64,000 nt of DNA from the human T2T-CHM13v2.0 reference genome, Homo sapiens, in NCBI RefSeq assembly GCF_009914755.1, contig NC_060936.1. One strand, 5' to 3'. Positions 54,950-64,000 of the stretch are shown piece by piece. The translations under genes were made by a program, and so were the position numbers. The notes under the pieces are model-generated. The model was given only the letters and a program-made list of their open reading frames with translations. It made no database searches and was not told the DNA's origin. Each line of letters opens with the position of its first letter. Within the stretch, counting starts at the first letter, position 1.

Positions 54950-55520
54950 CATTAAGTTTAAATTAGTGAAACCACTTTGAAAAACTGTGTGGCAGTGTCT
55001 GCAAACATCGATCATTCCACTTATAACTACATACCCAACAGAAATGCCTACATATGTTTATCAAAAAACATATACTAGATGCTCAAAGCCACACTATTCA
55101 AAGCAGCCCTGAACTGTACACAATCCAAATATCTGTTACCAAGAGAATTATTATTAATTGTTTATTTATACATTAGAATACTCTATAGAGATGAAAATAG
55201 TCTTCAACTACCTGCAGCAACATAAATGATTAGTCTTTCAAATATTAAAAAAACAAAAGCCAGACACAAAAGATACTGCGTGATCCTATACTTAAAATAT
55301 ATAACCAAGTCAAACTAATCAGTGCTGTTAGAAGTCATGATAATAGTTATTCTTGGACTACTGATTGGAAGCAGGAAATTTCTGAGGTGCTGGAATGCTT
55401 TATCTTTTTATCTTGTTGCTGGTTTAAATTTGAGTTTGCAAAAATTGATTAAGCCATGCACTTATTACATATGGTATTTATTGGAGTATATTATACCTTT
55501 ATTAACAGTTAAGGTTGAAA
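54950..55520 (+). mobile_element. Old L1M 3' end
   Basis: AACCACTTTGAAAAACTGTGTGGCAGT; ATACCCAACAGAAATG; CAAACTAATCAGTGCTGTTAGAAGTCA. Confidence 0.75.
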
Positions 55521-56389
55521 AAATTATTTAGAAGATTCCTATCCCACAAAATCACTATCTACATTATTTAGCTTGGTACCATGGCAATACTCAATCTCAC
55601 TACACTCCACTCTGTTTTCCTAGCCTCATATTCTGCCATGTTCCCCACTATACCATTACAGACTTCTAAGCACTTTTCTCTAAAACAGGTCACATACTTC
55701 CATATTCCCATGAATTTGTATTTTCTATTTCCTTTTCTTGGGTTTAAATTTCCCTTCTTTTGCTGAATACTACTCATTTTTAGGGCACAGTTTGACTTCC
55801 ACCTTGTCTCCTTGAAACCTTGTCTGATTCTATGTACAGCATATTATACATAAATTTTCCATAAATAACATAGTATTTAAACCACTTATGAGTTTACACA
55901 TCTATATAAGAAGCTATCATTAACACCGCAAAGTGAGTTTGGCAATCAATCCTCTTCTGTCTCTCAAAACCCCCTTGTGGATTCTTCCTTTATAACACAG
56001 GTATACCAGGTGTTCAACATGTTTTTATTAAACTAAACTCACCTCTCTCACACCCTATATTGTGAGCTATTGAGCAAAGGAATTAGATTATTCATTATTG
56101 AATATCTGGCACCTATCCTAATGTATGATACATATTAAATTCTCAATACATGTTTCGTTGCCCAGTTAAGTCTATGCTATTTTATATTTTTAGATTTAAA
56201 AAATTCTGTATTAATTCTGTCAAATGGCCAATCTATGACCTTAAAATTGCGTCCTGCTTTGCAGAGTTTTCTCTGTGGAAATTCAAGCAAGGGCAATGAG
56301 AAACGTCTTTGTAGATTGCAATACGAAACTTAAAATATTACCATGTTTTTTGGGAAATTTAAAATGAAAAGGTAATTCAAATCAACACA

Positions 56390-57140
56390 ATCAATTTAAC
56401 TTAAGAAGTATTTATCGAGAAACATTTTAGGCATGGTGAGGGTACACAAGATACATAAGGTATTGTTCCTAGCTCTAGATATTCAGTATTCAGTGAGACA
56501 GGTAGGACAATCAGGCTGCATCACTCTAACCTTCAGCATATAAAACAAGGTGTCCTGTGGTATAAAAGAATATAAATAATAGTTACAGGTGAGAGCAAAT
56601 CTTATGTGGTAGATCATTTCAGCAGGTTCTTAAAAGACACACAGGTTATTAACACATATATCCAACATCTTGTAGCTCAAAAAACAGATTATTTTCACCA
56701 TATTTGGGGAAGATGAGAGTCACTATAAAAAGTTGCTAGTGTTTAAGGGGAGATGAATGGAAACAAAGTGTAAGAAACAATATCAAAAATTTTAATTGGG
56801 TCCAAATTATTAAGAGTTTTAGAAGCCACCATGAGATATTTAGACTATATCTTGCATGAAATTATAAACATTAAATATTGAGTATTTTGTAAGACTACAA
56901 TTTGATGACTGTCTGTTATAGACTGAAAAAGGGAGACATTAGAAGCAAGGAGACAGCCTAGGAAGTTTTTATAATAATGCAAATAAGAGATAATGAGGGC
57001 CTGTAATATAATAGAGACTGTGGTAGCAGGAAAAAATTAGAATGTGTAGTAATGGACAACTAATTAATAGTGAATGGTAGTAAGTGGTGAGATGGAAGGA
57101 GATGGGAAAGTGAAAACTGAAGATGACGCCTAGATTTTTC
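56390..57140 (-). mobile_element. L2 remnant
   Basis: AAGTATTTATCGAG; AGAAGCAAGGAGACAGCCTAGGAAG...AAGAGATAATGAGGGCCTG. Confidence 0.65.
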
Positions 57141-57579
57141 TGACAGTGTTATATTATCAAAATTCTCTTATAAAACAGTTTTATATTCAATCTCATGAAA
57201 GAAGAAAAAGAAAATGTTTGCTGACCATGCAACTGTTCTCAGACAGCAAGAATGTACAAGTTGATTAAATTTGCAAGAAGGCAGAATAGCCCAAAGTTCA
57301 GGATTAGAGCATGAAACCACCAGACCAGAAACTGAGATCCTGAACCCCTTAGGCAAAATATCACGAGTTATACTTTCCTGCACCCCAAATGATGGGCTGA
57401 TTTTCAAAGCATAATCAGGGAAATGAAGTAAATAAATCCCATTCCACAAGGCTTCAAATATTAACAATGCCTTAGTCAAATTGTATAAGTACAATGCCAA
57501 CTATAAGTTTCCCCTTTCTAGTGATTAGGTCTACAAAAGTTAGTGTAATCCATTATGTTGTTGAATACCAAAATGACCA

Positions 57580-58228
57580 CAGCCTGGATATTACTGGTAT
57601 ATAGAAATGCTACTGATTTTTGTACATTGATTTTGTATACTGAAACTTTACTGAAGTCATATATCAGTTCTATGAGCCTTTGGCAGAGTCCTTTGGGTTT
57701 TCATATCATCAGTGAAGAGAGATAGTTTGATTTTTTATTTTCTTATTTGGATGTCTTTTATTTCTTTCTCTTGCCTGATTGCTCTGGCTAGGACTTCCAC
57801 TACTATGTGGAAAAAGAGTTGTGAGAGTGGGCATTCGTATCTTTTTCCAGTTCTTACGGAAAATGCTTCCAGCTTTTGCCTGTTCAGTGTGATGTTGTCT
57901 GTGGGTTTGTCACAGATGGCTCTTATTATTTTGAGGTATGTTCCTTCAGTGCCTGGTTTGTTGAAGGTTTTTAACACGAAGAAATATTGAATTTTATCAA
58001 AAGCTTTTTCTGTCTATTGAGATAATAATATGGGTTTTGTTTTTAATTCTATTTATGTGATGAATTACATTTATTGATTAGCCTATGTTGAACTAACCTT
58101 GCATCCAGGAATAAAGCCTACTTGATTGTGGTGAATTAACTTTTTGATGTGCTGCTGGATACAGTTTGCTACTATTTTGTTGAGGATTTTTGCATCTATG
58201 TACATAAGAGATATTGGCCTGAAGTTTT

Positions 58229-58273
<45 letters not shown>

Positions 58274-58518
58274 TGTCAGATTTTGGCATCAGGTTGATGC
58301 TGGCTTCATAGAATGAGTTAGGAAGGAGCCATTTCTCCTTGATTTTTTTGAAATATTTTCAGTAGAATTGGTACCAGTTCTTCTTTGTATGACTGGTAGA
58401 ATTCAGCTGTGAATCCATCTGGTCCAGGGCTTTTTTATGGTTGATAGGTTCTTTATTACTGATTCAATTTCAGAACTCAATATTGGTCTATTCAGTGTTT
58501 CAATCTTTTCCTGATTCA
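57580..58518 (-). mobile_element. L1P ORF2 (RT region) segment with an internal (TG)n at 58232-58271
   Basis: [21 protein letters not shown]; [19 protein letters not shown]. Confidence 0.93.
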
Positions 58519-58520
58519 AA

Positions 58521-59435
58521 GGATACACCCTACAAAAGACTAATATCCAGAATCTATAAGGAACTTAAACAAATCAACAAACAAAAAACAAATAGCCACA
58601 TTGAAAAATGGGCGAAGGACATAAGCAGACACTTCTCAAAAGATGACATACATGCAGCCAACAAACATATGAAAGAATGCTCAGCATCACTAATTCTCAA
58701 AGAAATGCAAATCAAAACCAAAATGACATACCATCTCACATCAGTCAGAATGGCTATTACTAAAAAGTCAAAAAATAACAATGACTGGCAAGAGTGTGGA
58801 GAAAGACTGCTTATACGCTGCTGGTGGACATGTAGCCCAGCCACTGTAGAAAGCAGTTTGGAGATTTCTTAAAGAACTTAAAACAGAGCTGTGATTTGAC
58901 CCAACAATCCCCTTACTGGGTATATATTCAAAGAAAAATAAATCATTGTACCAAAAAGACACATGCACTCACATCTTCATTGCTATGCTATTCCCAATAG
59001 CAAAGATGTGGAATCAACTTAGGTGCCTGTGAACAATGGATTGCATAAAGAAAATGTGTTACATATATACCATGGGATAATATGCAGCCATAAAAAAGAA
59101 AAAAAATCACATCCTTTGCAGCAACATCGATGTAGCTGGAGGACATAATCCTAAGCAATTTAATACAGAAACAGAAAATCAAATACTGCATGTTCTCATT
59201 ATAAGTGGGAGCTAAAATATTGAATACACATGGACATAAACATGGGAATAATAGGTACTGTGAACTCCTAGAGAGGAGAAGGAAGAGGGTATGGGTTGAA
59301 AAACTTCCTACTGGGTACTGTGCTCACACTTTGGTGACAGGATTCTTACCCCAAACCTCAGCATTACACAATATGCCCATGTAACACACTTGCACTATAC
59401 CCTCTGAATATAAAATAAACATTGAAATTTAAAAA
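58521..59435 (+). mobile_element. L1 (L1PA16/L1PB-type) ORF2 end and 3'UTR
   Basis: [18 protein letters not shown]...EMQIKT; 3' end CCTCTGAATATAAAATAAA. Confidence 0.93.
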
Positions 59436-60315
59436 ATTATGTTTCAAATTTGGTCTTAAATGTATATAATTGTCAACATTCAGATCTTAGTATTGACCTT
59501 ATAACTCCAAAGGTCTATAACAATGATGCATAAAAATGTGGAAATATGAAGTTATTCAAAATAAGCAAGTTCATACCAAAGAGGCAAGGACTTCAGAGAT
59601 ATAGAGAAAGACAGTAAGAAGGAAATACAACTCATTTCCTCCAAACTGACTGTGGATAGAGACAACTATTTATTTTAGTTATAATCCTCATGAACCAAAT
59701 CACCTCATCCTAGGAGTGAAATAAAATAATCACAAAGAAACACAGTGTTTCCAAACATACCCTTCTGAATACTCTCGCCTTATCACCACCACCACCACCA
59801 CCAGCATTAATATGCCTCCCAAATAGATCTTGGAATTCCCACAGGATAGCTCTTCTATGTTTCTATGTTGGACTAGTCTTAACAAGCCCAAGGCATTTTA
59901 TGTTTTTCTCCCATTCTGCTCTGACACACTGTGGTGATGTCCTTGTCACATTCAAAACCATATGAATCTTTATTTCTATTGCTTGGTGGTGCCTCTACTT
60001 GGCTGTAAATGCCCCGTATCTAGAGAACTGATCATTCTAAATCTAGTCACATCCAAAGTAGTGCTTATCACTTAGGAAAACATTACAGCAGTCTTATATA
60101 GCTGCATAGTCCTCAAACACCAATGCTTTCTTTAGCCTAGGGTCATCTTTATAATATCCTGAATCCTTAGAGAATGAACTGAAGTACAAGCTAAGTGACA
60201 GATTCTATACTTAACTTGGAATCACCCTGACCTTCATTTATAGCCTTTAATATATAAATTAATACTTAATAACTTTTGCATTTTTACTAGGCACTTAATA
60301 ACTTTTGGAATTTTT

Positions 60316-61096
60316 AAAAATTATTATACTTTAAGTTCTAGGGTACATGTGCACAATGTGCAGGTTTGCTACATAGGTATACATGTGCCATGTTGGTTTG
60401 CTGCACCCATCAACTCGTCATTTACATTAGGTATTTCTCCTAATCCTACCCCTCCCCCAGCCCCCTATCCCCCAACAAGTCCTGGTGTGTGATGTTCCCC
60501 TTCCTGTGTCCATGTGTTCTCATTGTTCGATTCCCACCTATGAGTGAGAACATGCGGAGTTTGGTTTTCTGTCCTTGTGAGTTTGCTGAGAATGATGGTT
60601 TCCAGCTTCATCCATGTCCCTGCAAAGGACATGAACTCATCCTTTTTTATGGCTGTATGGTATTCCATGGTTTATATGTGCCACATTTTCTTAATCCAGT
60701 CTATCATTGATGGACATTTGGGTTGGTTCCAAGTCTTTGCTATTGTGAATAGTACTGCAATAAACATACATGTGCATGTGTCTTTATAGTAGCATGATTT
60801 ACAATCCTTTGGGTATATAACCAGTAATGGGATTGCTGGGTCAAATGAAATTTTTAATTCTGGATCCTTGAGGAATCACCACACTGTCTTCCACAATGGT
60901 TGAACTAATTTACACTCCCACCAACAGTGTAAAAGCGTTCCTATTTCTCCACATCCTCTCCAGCATCTGTTGTTTCCTGACTTTTAATGATCAGCATTCT
61001 AACTGGCATCAGATAGTATCTCACTGTGGTTTTGTTTTGCATTTCTCTGATGACCAGTGATGATGAGCATTTTTTCATGTGTCTGTTGGCTGCATA
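60316..61096 (-). mobile_element. 5'-truncated L1PA6/7-type element inserted into a MIR
   Basis: TTATTATACTTTAAGTTCTAGGGTACATGTGCACAA; TSD approximately AACTTTTG(G)AATTTTT. Confidence 0.93.
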
Positions 61097-61318
61097 AACT
61101 TTTGAATTTTTTACACAGGCACTGTTGTAACAGACTTTCAATAGATTATTTTATTTAGCCTTCCTGACAATATTATGAGTTAGATATTATTATCCCCATC
61201 TTAGAAACAGATAAATTGAGGTCTTTAGACTTGGTATTTCTTGCCCAAGTTAATACAGGTGTTAACCAATGGCTTTATATCCAAACAGTCTCATGCTGGA
61301 CTACTCTAAACTACCAAA
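61097..61318 (-). mobile_element. MIR
   Basis: CAGGCACTGTT...TATTATTATCCCCAT...CTTGCCCAAG. Confidence 0.75.
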
Positions 61319-61464
61319 CTACTTCTCATTCTTTAGGATAAACCGATCTGTCCCTGAAATGTGATGGCTATTTGGGCAAAAGACACATAAGCCTAGAACA
61401 GGTCCTACTTGACTCCATGGGAGCATATGTAGAAAACTGTGCCTCTGCTGGTCATTTGCATGAT

Positions 61465-61893
61465 TGTAGGAAAACAGCCTGCTGCATGGCATGAGTGATG
61501 CCATCTTGATGCAAAACCACCATGATTACTGATGTTTGACCTCCACATACCAAGGTGTTCGGCATAAAAATCTATAAACAATGTCTGTAGTATAGATAAC
61601 CCATGTAAAAACACTTATCCAACTTCCCCCATGATCACGAACATTAGCAAGAAAGTCTGAAGACATGGTCAGCTGCCTATGTTTTACCCTAAAAACTTGC
61701 TATACACAGAACACTTTTTGGAAGGTGAGTGTGGGGATCTACCATGTCACAACTGCCTGAGTTATTATTGCTTCTGTTTTTCTCTAGTAAATGTTTCATT
61801 CCCAGAAGCTGGATGTGTTAGCCTCTTTCTTTGGACTCTCAGCTCCCGCAGTCTTTGGGGTTAGATTTGTATATGCCTGCTCACTGTGGAACA
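61465..61893 (+). mobile_element. LTR47-like solo LTR
   Basis: TGTAGGAAAACAGCCTGCTGCATGGCATGAGTGATGCCATCTTG...CACTGTGGAACA. Confidence 0.85.
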
Positions 61894-62435
61894 GTGGTCT
61901 TTGGAAAACTTTTCCTGAGAGTGTCTAGTTTCCAAAAGTATGACCAAAATGGCAGGCTCCTCTCTCCCCTGGATGGTAAGAAATCAGATTTGCCTTGTTT
62001 TCTTCGCCTTGCAAAGAATTAATGCATCCCAGCATGTTCCTGAGATGGGAGACAAATTTCTGTGATCTCTCCTTTGACCCTTTTACTTCCCACTGGACAA
62101 ATAGTGTGTCTGATCATAGTATTTCTACAATTCCAGCAATCCTTTGACAGAATGTCTTTCCTTCAGTCATATGGGCTAGTCTCTGGGTACAATGTAGAAA
62201 GTGAAGTGTCAGTGAGCCTGGGATATGTTAGGCTTCTAGCTTCTAGAGAAGCTCTCTCCCTGTTAGTTGAACTACTGAATATGCAATGAAAGGTGATGTC
62301 AAATTTCTCAAAATAGATGTACCGCTTTGTCTTATAGAAACTGAGTTGTTATGTGTGCCTGAACAGGAGTAGTCTGAAAGAAAAAGACCAAAGTAAATGT
62401 AAGGGAAAAAAAATCACTGAAAAGTAGAGAATACA

Positions 62436-62527
62436 GAGGAAGAAGAAGAAGAAAAAGAAGGAGGAGGAGGGAGGGAGGAGGGGGGAGGAGGAGGAGGAGG
62501 AAGGCAAGGGGGAGGAGGAGGAAAGAA
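62436..62527. repeat. Polypurine (GAA/GAG)n tract
   Basis: About 90 bp almost exclusively A and G. Confidence 0.9.
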
Positions 62528-62574
62528 TAATCAAACCAAACCTAATATTCTCAGAGAGATAATAGGAATCCATT

Positions 62575-63220
62575 TCTTTAAAGAAAGAACTAGATGTTAT
62601 GATTAAGAAGCAAAGTGTAAGAAAAAACTTCTATTAAAGAAATATATACATGTACTCATGTGTGTATATTTGTGATTTTTAATCAAAATAATAGATTGAG
62701 AATCACATTAATATATCCAAAATAGTAGAGCAAAAAACAAAGTGAAGGAAAAGTAGAAGAGAAAAAAATAGAAAATTAAAGAATCAATAGTGATTCAACA
62801 TCTAATAAGCAGAGCAAAGAAAGGGAAAATGGAGAAAAAATTGAGAAGAAATTATTGAAATGATAACTTATAAATTTCCCCAAACCTGAAGGAGTAGAGC
62901 CTCCTAATTGAAAAGATTAACATAATTTTCTACAGAGCGAAAAATAATAATAATCAAGGACAAAATGCATCATCATAACATCTCAGAACATGATAGATTT
63001 TAAAAATTCTAAAAATGCTTTAAAAATTAAAATAGGCAACCAAAAGAATTTACAAATCAGTTTTTAAGTAGATTTAATAACAACACAGCAAAGACATTAT
63101 AGCAGTGCTTTCAAAATTCTAGGGGAAAATAATTTTTAGTCTAGAAGTCCAAATGCATCTAAATGCACCAATCAAATGTAAAACAACAAATTTCTTTCTC
63201 ATTGTTTTTTCTTAGAAACC
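62575..63220 (+). mobile_element. Ancient L1/HAL1 ORF1-like remnant
   Basis: A-rich; AAATTTCCCCAAACCTGAAGGA...ATTGAAAAG; GCTTTCAAAATTCTAGGGGAAAATAATTTT. Confidence 0.55.
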
Positions 63221-63509
63221 CACTAGGAGATATGCCTCTCAGGATGGAGAGATACTAACATAGAAAAAAGAAAAAAAGAATTCCCATAATATGGGAAACG
63301 GAGTCCCAAAATGGCATTTGTGCATTTGGTCTGGAAATTTACCAGTCCAGATAGGAGCAGGACTGAGTTCTCTGGGTTGCTGGCCACCATGGAAACAGCA
63401 AACTGATAATTACTTTATAAGCTGACATTTTGGAAACACTTTTAACATGCTTATATGGCTTCAGTGAAGCACAGGGAAAAATATAAATACATAGCAAATT
63501 AGGCAAATA

Positions 63510-63820
63510 GACATTATCCTAAGTGAATTAACACAGGAACAGAAAACCAAATACGGCATGTTCTCACTCATAAGGGAGCTAAACATTCGGTACACATGGA
63601 CATAAAAATGGCAACAATAGAATTCGGGTACTACTAGAGGCAGGAGGAGGGGGACAAGGGTTGAGAAACTATTGAGTACTATGCCCACTACCTGGATGAT
63701 GGGATTAATCGTACTCCAAACCTCATTATCACACAGCATACCCATATAACAAACCTGTAGAGGTACCCCCAAATCTAATATAAAAGTTGTAATTATTTTT
63801 TACAAAGAAAAGAAAAAAAA
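63510..63820 (+). mobile_element. L1PB-type 3' end
   Basis: CATTATCCTAAGTGAATTAACACAGGAACAGAAAACCAAATAC...AATATAAAAGTTG. Confidence 0.88.
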
Positions 63821-64000
63821 ACACAAACTGAATAATATTGAGTCTAAGAGAAAAGATGTAAGACTGTTCTAATAACTAAAAGTGATAAAGAGTTATGAAT
63901 TGAACTGTGGTATCATGAAAGGAACTCATTTTCAAGTGGGGGCAAAGTTGAATATAATGCAAATAATGGGGAAAATTGGAGAAATAACAATAACAAAAAA

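Overview
This is primate nuclear DNA, most likely human, because it carries a near-consensus AluYa5. It is AT-rich and CpG-poor, with no CpG island, no recognisable protein-coding exon, no RNA gene and no prokaryotic features. Most of the window is a layered fossil record of transposable elements. These include nine Alus (J, S and Y lineages), one full-length but dead L1 of the L1PA13-16/L1PREC2 type nested inside an older 5'-inverted L1, many L1 fragments, a complete THE1 (MaLR) provirus, solo MaLR/ERVL LTRs, an ERVL relic with a dUTPase motif, DNA transposons (Tigger1, MER85, MER47, MER53, MER20, MER5A and others), MIR/L2 remnants and microsatellites. Every listed ORF I can assign derives from these repeats or low-complexity DNA; the rest are short and of chance length. 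I did not find a new biological system. The most noteworthy observations are: an unassigned ~169-bp segment present twice about 5 kb apart; a second old local duplication; a MER85 (known CSB-PGBD3 target) with a perfected internal palindrome; a young AluYa5 plus a Ya5-intermediate Alu sharing a variant; several L1 inversions that can be reconstructed from their target-site duplications (TSDs); and small inverted or tandem duplications. Subfamily names come from consensus sequences recalled from memory and need RepeatMasker/Dfam confirmation. Boundaries of old elements are approximate.
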